A stretch of 64,000 nucleotides of DNA from Eledone cirrhosa (lineage: Eukaryota): positions 75,826,001-75,890,000 of the forward strand of contig OZ024741.1 of assembly GCA_964016885.1 (NCBI GenBank), read 5' to 3'. Within the stretch, counting starts at the first letter, position 1; every line of letters begins with the position of its first letter. Below the pieces are notes generated by a model that saw only the letters and a list, made by a program, of their open reading frames with translations, searched no databases and was not told the origin of the DNA. This document shows, piece by piece, positions 1 through 12,700 of the stretch. A program made the translations under genes and the position numbers.

Positions 1-65
1 CTACGCCACATCGCGGAATGGTTTCTCCCTAATTTTCGCAAAAGACGAAATGTATTTTTAATCAT
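1..65 (-). CDS. possible N-terminus of a divergently transcribed gene (MIKNTFRLLRKLGRNHSAMWR...)
   Basis: ATG at 65 with in-frame upstream stop; open to window edge; basic, acid-free, presequence-like; only 21 codons visible. Confidence 0.3.
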   Translation of the reverse strand, partial: MIKNTFRLLRKLGRNHSAMWR

Positions 66-552
66 GAAACCATGAACGTTCGAATTTTCTCATAACTCAT
101 ATTGACTTTTCAGCTGGACTTCAAATGGAGATTACGTATTTATTGTGGGCTTTTCCACAATACGTGCTGAACAAGCCAGATATATTAGAAACACGCGCGC
201 ACATATACATATATGAGATGACCGAGAAGATTTCTTAAACAGTTTTGCTGTAGTTTTTTATTTGACCGTGTTATGTAGTCTAGATATAATAAAGGAAATT
301 ATAATTGGAGACAATTATACTGTTACACCGGTGAATTATTGTTAATTTGGCTTGTCCTCTCGTCAAAGGAGATAGAAATGTAAGGAGATGCCAAATCACA
401 CACCTCTTGTTATGTCAGTTGTCAATAAATATACAACTGTTTCTTCTTCTTTCGTCTAGATTGACTTCAATGAGCAGCTATAAATATTTACATTCCATAC
501 TTAATATATCGTGAGATAAAAACAACGGAAGGAGAAGCAGGAAAAAAAAAAC

Positions 553-633
553 ATGTCAGGAGATACTGCAAAACCGTTGACACTTCCGAGCGGCCCAGCT
601 ACTCTATGCTTCGACAAAGATGACTTCATGAAG
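553..633 (+). CDS. COG2: COG2 exon 1 (MSGDTAKPLTLPSGPATLCFDKDDFMK)
   Basis: ATG at 553, donor AAG|gtaaaa at 634. Confidence 0.93.
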
Positions 634-1514
634 GTAAAACTTCCTGGTTAACCCATATATAAATAGGAATATTAATTAACCCAATTTCACCAATATATTG
701 CAAGGAGATTTTTCGTTTTTGGTATATAAAATGGCATACAAAATGAAAGTGAATAAAAACGAATTGGATGGAAGGGCGGCTAAGTTGTAACCAGGGGCGC
801 CCGATAAAAATTTCAGTTAGGGACCCATGTATGTTTAATCAGCCCCTGCTATATTTTCGTTGTATATTTTCACCTTTTAGATTTTTTAATTTGTTGTGAA
901 CATTTCTTTCAAAGTTTTTTTTTTTTTTTTTTTTTTGATGTTTTCGATACTGACCTGTCCTCTTACAAAAGAATGTCTGCAGTCAATTTTTCGCCCACCC
1001 CAAAAATTACCTCAACAAGGCAAGACAAAAGAAAAAAAGAATCTGGCCTAAGGTTCCAATAAGGCTTGCACGTGTCATTTAGTTTCATTTTATTGTCCGG
1101 TTTTCTTTAATTAATTTTCATTTTATTGTCTATCATTTTAAATATCTCAAACTAAACACCCCAATACAGTAGATCTTGACAATTCTATAGATGTATTATA
1201 ATGTTTATTTGTAAACAATAGTTGTTGCAGTTATTTAACCCTAGGTTAACCCCGATTTGACATAATTTAAGGAACATTTGGCTGCTATTTTAAGCTAGTG
1301 GAGTAACAACGCATAATCTTCCTCGTTTGTTCATATATTATTAGCTCAATCTAACAAACATATGATCAAAAATCGTTCCTGCCATGACCATCTCGTTTTT
1401 TAGAGGCATATATGACTAAATTATTTAATATGCCCGTTCTTTACTTCAGACAATATAGTTTGATTCAAAAGAGATTAGTCTGCTATTTCTGGTAGAAGTT
1501 TCCTCGTTTAATGT

Positions 1515-2178
1515 TTTATGAAGGTGATGAATAGTAATATAAATGAACCACAAAGCATACATGAACTTAGAGAGAAACTGGGCATAGGAGGGATCAAATG
1601 CAGTGTACAGGAGAGGAGATTGCGTTGGTACAGACATGTGATGCATATGAAGGATGACAGCTGTATAAAACGGTGCAGAGTGCTCAGTGTTGATGGAAGC
1701 TATGGAATAGGAAAATTTGGGATGATGTGATAAAAGCTGACCCTGCACAATTGCCCCTCTCAAAGGCTGAGATCTCTGGTTTATGCAGTAATATAAAAGA
1801 CCTGCCTTCTCCCGTGCACAGGTTGAAACATACATCTAGTATGCACCTTCACCTACCACATCCCTAGATCTTCCCCAGACCACACTGTAAAGTGGTCATG
1901 TTAGTGACATGACAAAAAGTGGTCGTGTAAGCATCATGGCAAAAAGTGCCCAGCCCACACTGTAAAGTGGTCATGTAGGTTCATGGCAAAAAGTACCCAG
2001 TACACACTGTAAGTGTGGTTGGTGTTAGGAAGGGTACCCAGCCATAGAAACCAAGCCATAACCAGTTCTGTATGAGCAAGACATGGTCCCCTAATCTTAC
2101 TTGTCTCACAACAGGACAACTCATCTAACCCATGCTCACATGGAAAAAAACAGATGTTAAACAGTGATGATGATGATG
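1515..2178 (+). mobile_element. degenerate 3' fragment of RTE-clade LINE with (GAT)n tail
   Basis: RRLRWYRHVMHM motif, then modular 3' UTR and gatgatgat tail. Confidence 0.85.
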
Positions 2179-3069
2179 GAGAAGCAAACATAGAGACCCA
2201 AACTAAATGCCTTACCATATATAATTTTCTCTTTCTCCCTTTTAATTTGATAACTTTCCAGGGGAAGATGACGTTTTATCCTCTATGGTTGATAAAATAA
2301 ATACAGGACAGGATTAAACTAAGTGGAGCCTGTAGCATATGTTAAAATGTGGCCCTAAATAAAAACCTATTTTATCAAATTAAAATTAGTTTTATGGATC
2401 CAACTGCATATTTGAAAAACCAGTGTGTATCGATCTGCTTGCTGTAATGTGGTCTAGTATGTCATTGTGTGTAATAGCAACATTGTCCTAGATGTGTGAT
2501 TAGTTCTGTAATGTGGTCTATGACATCCGCTTCAGATATGTAAGATGTAGTACTGCAATGTGCTCTATGATATGTGTAACAACAGCACAGAAACATAGTC
2601 ATAGATATGTAAAGAGCAGTATTGTAATGTGCTCTATGATGTATGTGTGTAATAATAGCAAAGTAATGGGTCTTACTTGAGCATTGTATGAAGCAGTTTT
2701 TGATGAGGTCTGAAGTATTTTGTATGTAGGGGCTTGTGTGTATTTGTATTGACTCATAAATACCTAAATCATTGATGATGAATTTTCCTGGAATCTTTGG
2801 GAATGGTAGATTATAGTATTTCAATAATAACAGAGAAACTAGAACCAGTTAGAAATAGCAGTTAAATCTCTTTCAAATCACACACTACCATCTTAAGAAA
2901 GGAAGGTCATATTAGGTAATGTAGTCAATGTTTTTTCAAACCATGTTTGAAAAAACAGACAAACAAATAGTATAGTCACAACTGAAATGATCATTCAGAG
3001 ATGACTTGTAAAGACCATGGGGCTAAAGAACAACTTTTGTATCCAATAATGTCTATCTTTTCTTTTCAG

Positions 3070-3231
3070 AATACTTTTAATGTTGATACCTTTGTAATGG
3101 ACTGTCGGAGATGTGTTCCACTGGAAACTCTTCGAGATGATCTTCATATTTATCTGAAAATTCTTAGAAGTGCCATGATAGAATTGATTAACAAAGATTA
3201 TGCTGATTTTGTCAATCTTTCTACCAATCTG
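3070..3231 (+). CDS. COG2: COG2 exon 2 (NTFNVDTF...DYADFVNLSTNL)
   Basis: ttttcag acceptor, CTG|gtgagt donor; overlaps ORF 3001..3264. Confidence 0.96.
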
Positions 3232-3759
3232 GTGAGTCATTCTTTCTTTCACTCCCTTCTTTGATGAACCCTCTGTACATTTTCACATTTTATCAGACAT
3301 CCAACTCAGAAATTAACAAGTAAGTGGCTGAGTATTCCACAGACTTGTATTGTTGTTGCACCTCCATCAATTCCAATAACAAGTGCTCTAGTTGATTCAA
3401 TCAGTGGAACTGCCTACTGATTAAATTAGCAAGTAAGTGGCTGAGCATTCCACAGCCATGTGTCCTCTTAATGTAATTCACAAGCTGAATCAGCATCACA
3501 CAATATGTCACAAGGCTGGACCTTTAAATTACAGTTGCAAGCTAACAAATAGGCTTCCACACAGTTTCTATTTACCCAATTTCACTGACAAGGCTTGGAT
3601 GATCTGAGGCTATGGTAAAGACACTTGTTCAAGATGCAATGCAGTGTAATTGAACTTCTTAACCACTTAGCTATGCCTGTGTTCAGATTCCCTCCTTTAC
3701 TATCCAATTGGTACATATGGAAGTAACACAATCTTACCATTCTTGTTGTACCCTACTGC

Positions 3760-6700
3760 TTTCTAGAACAGTGCTACAGGATTGCCATTTCTGTTACTGC
3801 TCCACTGGTATCTAGAACAGTAATACAGGCTTGCGATTTCTGTTACTGCTCCACTGGTATCTAGAGCAGTAATACAGTCTTACTATTTCTGTTACTGTTC
3901 CACTGGTATCTAGAACAGTAATACAGTCTTACTGTTTCTGTTACTGCTCCACTGGTATCTAGAACAGTAATACAGTCTTACTGTTTCTGTTACTGCTCCA
4001 CTGGTATCTAGAGCAGTAATACAGTCTTACTATTTCTGTTACTGTTCCACTGGTATCTAGAACAGTAATACAGTCTTACTGTTTCTGTTACTGCTCCACT
4101 GGTATCTAGAGCAGTAATACAGTCTTACTATTTCTGTTACTGTTCCACTGGTATCTAGAACAGTAATACAGTCTTACTGTTTCTGTTACTGCTCCACTGG
4201 TATCTAGAACAGTAATACAGTCTTACTGTTTCTGTTACTGCTCCACTGGTATCTAGAGCAGTAATACAGTCTTACTATTTCTGTTACTGTTCCACTGGTA
4301 TCTAGAACAGTAATACAGTCTTACTGTTTCTGTTACTGTTCCACTGGTATCTAGAGCAGTAATATAGTCTTACTGTTTCTGTTACTGCTCCACTGGTATC
4401 TAGAACAGTAATAAAGGTTTACTGTTTCTGTTACTGTTCCACTGGTATCTAGAGCAGTAATATAGTCTTACTGTTTCTGTTACTGCTCCACTGGTATCTA
4501 GAACAGTAATACAGTCTTACTGTTTCTGTTACTGCTCCACTGGTATCTAGAGCAGTAATACAGTCTTACTGTTTCTGTTACTGCTCCACTGGTATCTAGA
4601 ACAGTAATATAGTCTTACTGTTTCTGTTACTGTTCCACTGGTATCTAGAGCAGTAATATAGTCTTACTGTTTCTGTTACTGTTCCACTGGTATCTAGAGC
4701 AGTAATATAGTCTTACTGTTTCTGTTACTGCTCCACTGGTATCTAGAGCAGTAATACAGTCTTACTGTTTCTGTTACTGCTCCACTGGTATCTAGAGCAG
4801 TAATATAGTCTTACTGTTTCTGTTACTGTTCCACTGGTATCTAGAGCAGTAATATAGTCTTACTGTTTCTGTTACTGCTCCACTGGTATCTAGAGCAGTA
4901 ATACAGTCTTACTGTTTCTGTTACTGCTCCACTGGTATCTAGAGCAGTAATATAGTCTTACTGTTTCTGTTACTGTTCCACTGGTATCTAGAGCAGTAAT
5001 ATAGTCTTACTGTTTCTGTTACTGCTCCACTGGTATCTAGAGCAGTAATATAGTCTTACTGTTTCTGTTACTGCTCCACTGGTATCTAGAGCAGTAATAT
5101 AGTCTTACTGTTTCTGTTACTGTTCCACTGGTATCTAGAGCAGTAATATAGTCTTACTGTTTCTGTTACTGCTCCACTGGTATCTAGAGCAGTAATATTG
5201 TCTTACTGTTTCTGTTACTGCTCCACTGGTATCTAGAGCAGTAATACAGTCTTACTGTTTCTGTTACTGCTCCACTGGTATCTAGAGCAGTAATACAGTC
5301 TTACTGTTACTGTTCCACTGGTATCTAGAGCAGTAATACAGTCTTACTGTTTCTGTTACTGTTCCACTGGTATCTAGAGCAGTAATACAGTCTTACTGTT
5401 TCTGTTACTGCTCCACTGGTATCTAGAACAGTAATATAGTCTTACTGTTTCTGTTACTGCTACACTGGTATCTAGAGCAGTAATATAGTCTTACTGTTTC
5501 TGTTACTGCTCCACTGGTATCTAGAACAGTAATATAGTCTTACTGTTTCTGTTACTGCTCCACTGGTATCTAGAGCAGTAATATAGTCTTACTGTTTCTG
5601 TTACTGCTCCACTGGTATCTAGAACAGTAATATAGTCTTACTGTTTCTGTTACTGCTCCACTGGTATCTAGAACAGTAATATAGTCTTACTGTTTCTGTT
5701 ACTGCTCCACTGGTATCTAGAACAGTAATACAGTCTTACTGTTTCTGTTACTGTTCCACTGGTATCTAGAGCAGTAATACAGTCTTACTGTTTCTGTTAC
5801 TGCTCCACTGGTATCTAGAACAGTAATATAGTCTTACTGTTTCTGTTACTGCTCCACTGGTATCTAGAACAGTAATACAGTCTTACTGTTTCTGTTACTG
5901 TTCCACTGGTATCTAGAGCAGTAATACAGTCTTACTGTTTCTGTTACTGCTCCACTGGTATCTAGAGCAGTAATATAGTCTTACTGTTTCTGTTACTGCT
6001 CCACTGGTATCTAGAACAGTAATACAGTCTTACTGTTTCTGTTACTGCTCCACTGGTATCTAGAGCAGTAATACAGTCTTACTGTTTCTGTTACTGCTCC
6101 ACTGGTATCTAGAACAGTAATATAGTCTTACTGTTTCTGTTACTGTTCCACTGGTATCTAGAGCAGTAATATAGTCTTACTGTTTCTGTTACTGTTCCAC
6201 TGGTATCTAGAGCAGTAATATAGTCTTACTGTTTCTGTTACTGCTCCACTGGTATCTAGAGCAGTAATACAGTCTTACTGTTTCTGTTACTGCTCCACTG
6301 GTATCTAGAACAGTAATATAGTCTTACTGTTTCTGTTACTGCTCCACTGGTATCTAGAGCAGTAATACAGTCTTACTGTTTCTGTTACTGCTCCACTGGT
6401 ATCTAGAACAGTAATATAGTCTTACTGTTTCTGTTACTGTTCCACTGGTATCTAGAACAGTAATACAGTCTTACTGTTTCTGTTACTGCTCCACTGGTAT
6501 CTAGAGCAGTAATACAGTCTTACTGTTTCTGTTACTGTTCCACTGGTATCTAGAACAGTAATACAGTCTTACTGTTTCTGTTACTGTTCCACTGGTATCT
6601 AGAGCAGTAATATAGTCTTACTTTTTCTGTTACTGCTCCACTGGTATCTAGAGCAGTAATATAGTCTTACTGTTTCTGTTACTGTTCCACTGGTATCTAG

Positions 6701-9700
6701 AGCAGTAATATAGTCTTACTGTTTCTGTTACTGTTCCACTGGTATCTAGAGCAGTAATATAGTCTTACTGTTTCTGTTACTGTTCCACTGGTATCTAGAA
6801 CAGTAATACAGTCTTACTGTTTCTGTTACTGTTCCACTGGTATCTAGAGCAGTAATATAGTCTTACTTTTTCTGTTACTGCTCCACTGGTATCTAGAGCA
6901 GTAATACAGTCTTACTGTTTCTGTTACTGTTCCACTGGTATCTAGAGCAGTAATATAGTCTTACTGTTTCTGTTACTGTTCCACTGGTATCTAGAGCAGT
7001 AATATAGTCTTACTGTTTCTGTTACTGTTCCACTGGTATCTAGAGCAGTAATATAGTCTTACTGTTTCTGTTACTGTTCCACTGGTATCTAGAGCAGTAA
7101 TATAGTCTTACTGTTTCTGTTACTGTTCCACTGGTATCTAGAGCAGTAATATAGTCTTACTGTTTCTGTTACTGTTCCACTGGTATCTAGAACAGTAATA
7201 CAGTCTTACTGTTTCTGTTACTGTTCCACTGGTATCTAGAGCAGTAATATAGTCTTACTTTTTCTGTTACTGCTCCACTGGTATCTAGAACAGTAATATA
7301 GTCTTACTGTTTCTGTTACTGCTCCACTGGTATCTAGAGCAGTAATACAGTCTTACTGTTTCTGTTACTGCTCCACTGGTATCTAGAGCAGTAATATAGT
7401 CTTACTGTTTCTGTTACTGCTCCACTGGTATCTAGAGCAGTAATACAGTCTTACTGTTTCTGTTACTGTTCCACTGGTATCTAGAGCAGTAATATAGTCT
7501 TACTGTTTCTGTTACTGTTCCACTGGTATCTAGAGCAGTAATACAGTCTTACTGTTTCTGTTACTGCTCCACTGGTATCTAGAGCAGTAATACAGTCTTA
7601 CTGTTTCTGTTACTGCTCCACTGGTATCTAGAGCAGTAATACAGTCTTACTGTTTCTGTTACTGCTCCACTGGTATCTAGAGCAGTAATATAGTCTTACT
7701 GTTTCTGTTACTGTTCCACTGGTATCTAGAGCAGTAATACAGTCTTACTGTTTCTGTTACTGTTCCACTGGTATCTAGAGCAGTAATATAGTCTTACTGT
7801 TTCTGTTACTGTTCCACTGGTATCTAGAGCAGTAATACAGTCTTACTGTTTCTGTTACTGTTCCACTGGTATCTAGAGCAGTAATACAGTCTTACTGTTT
7901 CTGTTACTGTTCCACTGGTATCTAGAGCAGTAATACAAGTTTACTGTTTCTGTTACTGCTCCACTGGTATCTAGAACAGTAATACAGTCTTACTGTTTCT
8001 GTTACTGCTCCACTGGTATCTAGAGCAGTAATATAGTCTTACTGTTTCTGTTACTGTTCCACTGGTATCTAGAGCAGTAATATAGTCTTACTGTTTCTGT
8101 TACTGTTCCACTGGTATCTAGAACAGTAATACAGTCTTACTGTTTCTGTTACTGTTCCACTGGTATCTAGAGCAGTAATACAGTCTTACTGTTTCTGTTA
8201 CTGCTCCACTGGTATCTAGAACAGTAATACAGTCTTACTGTTTCTGTTACTGTTCCACTGGTATCTAGAGCAGTAATACAGTCTTACTGTTTCTGTTACT
8301 GCTCCACTGGTATCTAGAACAGTAATACAGTCTTACTGTTTCTGTTACTGTTCCACTGGTATCTAGAGCAGTAATACAGTCTTACTGTTTCTGTTACTGT
8401 TCCACTGGTATCTAGAGCAGTAATACAGTCTTACTGTTTCTGTTACTGTTCCACTGGTATCTAGAACAGTAATACAGTCTTACTGTTTCTGTTACTGCTC
8501 CACTGGTATCTAGAGCAGTAATATAGTCTTACTTTTTCTGTTACTGCTCCACTGGTATCTAGAGCAGTAATATAGTCTTACTGTTTCTGTTACTGTTCCA
8601 CTGGTATCTAGAGCAGTAATATAGTCTTACTGTTTCTGTTACTGCTCCACTGGTATCTAGAGCAGTAATATAGTCTTACTGTTTCTGTTACTGCTCCACT
8701 GGTATCTAGAGCAGTAATACAGTCTTACTGTTTCTGTTACTGCTCCACTGGTATCTAGAACAGTAATACAGTCTTACTGTTTCTGTTACTGTTCCACTGG
8801 TATTTAGAGCAGTAATACAAGTTTACTGTTTCTGTTACTGCTCCACTGGTATCTAGAGCAGTAATATAGTCTTACTGATTCTGTTACTGCTCCACTGGTA
8901 TCTAGAGCAGTAATATAGTCTTACTGATTCTGTTACTGCTCCACTGGTATCTAGAGCAGTAATATAGTCTTACTGATTCTGTTACTGCTCCACTGGTATC
9001 TAGAGCAGTAATATAGTCTTACTGATTCTGTTACTGTTCCACTGGTATCTAGAGCAGTAATATAGTCTTACTGTTTCTGTTACTGTTCCACTGGTATCTA
9101 GAGCAGTAATATAGTCTTACTGTTTCTGTTACTGCTCCACTGGTATCTAGAACAGTAATATAGTCTTACTGTTTCTGTTACTGCTCCACTGGTATCTAGA
9201 GCAGTAATATAGTCTTACTGATTCTGTTACTGCTCCACTGGTATCTAGAGCAGTAATATAGTCTTACTGATTCTGTTACTGCTCCACTGGTATCTAGAGC
9301 AGTAATATAGTCTTACTGATTCTGTTACTGCTACACTGGTATCTAGAGCAGTAATATAGTCTTACTGTTTCTGTTACTGCTCCACTGGTATCTAGAGCAG
9401 TAATATAGTCTTACTGTTTCTGTTACTGCTCCACTGGTATCTAGAGCAGTAATATAGTCTTACTGTTTCTGTTACTGCTCCACTGGTATCTAGAGCAGTA
9501 ATATAGTCTTACTGTTTCTGTTACTGCTCCACTGGTATCTAGAGCAGTAATATAGTCTTACTGTTTCTGTTACTGCTCCACTGGTATCTAGAGCAGTAAT
9601 ATAGTCTTACTGTTTCTGTTACTGCTCCACTGGTATCTAGAGCAGTAATATAGTCTTACTGTTTCTGTTACTGCTCCACTGGTATCTAGAGCAGTAATAT

Positions 9701-12700
9701 AGTCTTACTGTTTCTGTTACTGTTCCACTGGTATCTAGAACAGTAATATAGTCTTACTGTTTCTGTTACTGCTCCACTGGTATCTAGAGCAGTAATATAG
9801 TCTTACTGTTTCTGTTACTGCTCCACTGGTATCTAGAGCAGTAATATAGTCTTACTGTTTCTGTTACTGCTCCACTGGTATCTAGAGCAGTAATATAGTC
9901 TTACTGTTTCTGTTACTGTTCCACTGGTATCTAGAGCAGTAATACAGTCTTACTGTTTCTGTTACTGCTCCACTGGTATCTAGAGCAGTAATATAGTCTT
10001 ACTGTTTCTGTTACTGCTCCACTGGTATCTAGAGCAGTAATATAGTCTTACTGTTTCTGTTACTGTTCCACTGGTATCTAGAACAGTAATATAGTCTTAC
10101 TGTTTCTGTTACTGCTCCACTGGTATCTAGAGCAGTAATATAGTCTTACTGTTTCTGTTACTGCTCCACTGGTATCTAGAGCAGTAATACAGTCTTACTG
10201 TTTCTGTTACTGTTCCACTGGTATCTAGAGCAGTAATATAGTCTTACTGTTTCTGTTACTGTTCCACTGGTATCTAGAGCAGTAATACAGTCTTACTGTT
10301 TCTGTTACTGCTCCACTGGTATCTAGAGCAGTAATACAGTCTTACTGTTTCTGTTACTGCTCCACTGGTATCTAGAGCAGTAATACAGTCTTACTGTTTC
10401 TGTTACTGCTCCACTGGTATCTAGAGCAGTAATATAGTCTTACTGTTTCTGTTACTGTTCCACTGGTATCTAGAGCAGTAATACAGTCTTACTGTTTCTG
10501 TTACTGTTCCACTGGTATCTAGAGCAGTAATATAGTCTTACTGTTTCTGTTACTGTTCCACTGGTATCTAGAGCAGTAATACAGTCTTACTGTTTCTGTT
10601 ACTGTTCCACTGGTATCTAGAGCAGTAATACAGTCTTACTGTTTCTGTTACTGTTCCACTGGTATCTAGAGCAGTAATACAAGTTTACTGTTTCTGTTAC
10701 TGCTCCACTGGTATCTAGAACAGTAATACAGTCTTACTGTTTCTGTTACTGCTCCACTGGTATCTAGAGCAGTAATATAGTCTTACTGTTTCTGTTACTG
10801 TTCCACTGGTATCTAGAGCAGTAATATAGTCTTACTGTTTCTGTTACTGTTCCACTGGTATCTAGAACAGTAATACAGTCTTACTGTTTCTGTTACTGTT
10901 CCACTGGTATCTAGAGCAGTAATACAGTCTTACTGTTTCTGTTACTGCTCCACTGGTATCTAGAACAGTAATACAGTCTTACTGTTTCTGTTACTGTTCC
11001 ACTGGTATCTAGAGCAGTAATACAGTCTTACTGTTTCTGTTACTGCTCCACTGGTATCTAGAACAGTAATACAGTCTTACTGTTTCTGTTACTGTTCCAC
11101 TGGTATCTAGAGCAGTAATACAGTCTTACTGTTTCTGTTACTGTTCCACTGGTATCTAGAGCAGTAATACAGTCTTACTGTTTCTGTTACTGTTCCACTG
11201 GTATCTAGAACAGTAATACAGTCTTACTGTTTCTGTTACTGCTCCACTGGTATCTAGAGCAGTAATATAGTCTTACTTTTTCTGTTACTGCTCCACTGGT
11301 ATCTAGAGCAGTAATATAGTCTTACTGTTTCTGTTACTGTTCCACTGGTATCTAGAGCAGTAATATAGTCTTACTGTTTCTGTTACTGCTCCACTGGTAT
11401 CTAGAGCAGTAATATAGTCTTACTGTTTCTGTTACTGCTCCACTGGTATCTAGAGCAGTAATACAGTCTTACTGTTTCTGTTACTGCTCCACTGGTATCT
11501 AGAACAGTAATACAGTCTTACTGTTTCTGTTACTGTTCCACTGGTATTTAGAGCAGTAATACAAGTTTACTGTTTCTGTTACTGCTCCACTGGTATCTAG
11601 AGCAGTAATATAGTCTTACTGATTCTGTTACTGCTCCACTGGTATCTAGAGCAGTAATATAGTCTTACTGATTCTGTTACTGCTCCACTGGTATCTAGAG
11701 CAGTAATATAGTCTTACTGATTCTGTTACTGCTCCACTGGTATCTAGAGCAGTAATATAGTCTTACTGATTCTGTTACTGTTCCACTGGTATCTAGAGCA
11801 GTAATATAGTCTTACTGTTTCTGTTACTGTTCCACTGGTATCTAGAGCAGTAATATAGTCTTACTGTTTCTGTTACTGCTCCACTGGTATCTAGAACAGT
11901 AATATAGTCTTACTGTTTCTGTTACTGCTCCACTGGTATCTAGAGCAGTAATATAGTCTTACTGATTCTGTTACTGCTCCACTGGTATCTAGAGCAGTAA
12001 TATAGTCTTACTGATTCTGTTACTGCTCCACTGGTATCTAGAACAGTAATACAGTCTTACTGTTTCTGTTACTGCTCCACTGGTATCTAGAACAGTAATA
12101 TAGTCTTACTGTTTCTGTTACTGCTCCACTGGTATCTAGAGCAGTAATATAGTCTTACTGTTTCTGTTACTGCTCCACTGGTATCTAGAGCAGTAATATA
12201 GTCTTACTGATTCTGTTACTGCTCCACTGGTATCTAGAGCAGTAATATAGTCTTACTGATTCTGTTACTGCTCCACTGGTATCTAGAGCAGTAATATAGT
12301 CTTACTGATTCTGTTACTGCTCCACTGGTATCTAGAGCAGTAATATAGTCTTACTGATTCTGTTACTGCTACACTGGTATCTAGAGCAGTAATATAGTCT
12401 TACTGTTTCTGTTACTGCTCCACTGGTATCTAGAGCAGTAATATAGTCTTACTGTTTCTGTTACTGCTCCACTGGTATCTAGAGCAGTAATATAGTCTTA
12501 CTGTTTCTGTTACTGCTCCACTGGTATCTAGAGCAGTAATATAGTCTTACTGTTTCTGTTACTGCTCCACTGGTATCTAGAGCAGTAATATAGTCTTACT
12601 GTTTCTGTTACTGCTCCACTGGTATCTAGAGCAGTAATATAGTCTTACTGTTTCTGTTACTGCTCCACTGGTATCTAGAGCAGTAATATAGTCTTACTGT

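Noticed and set aside
2430-2700. Degenerate repeat with minus-strand ORF 2462..2824
   Set aside because: Old 3-4 copy tandem duplication with no protein signature
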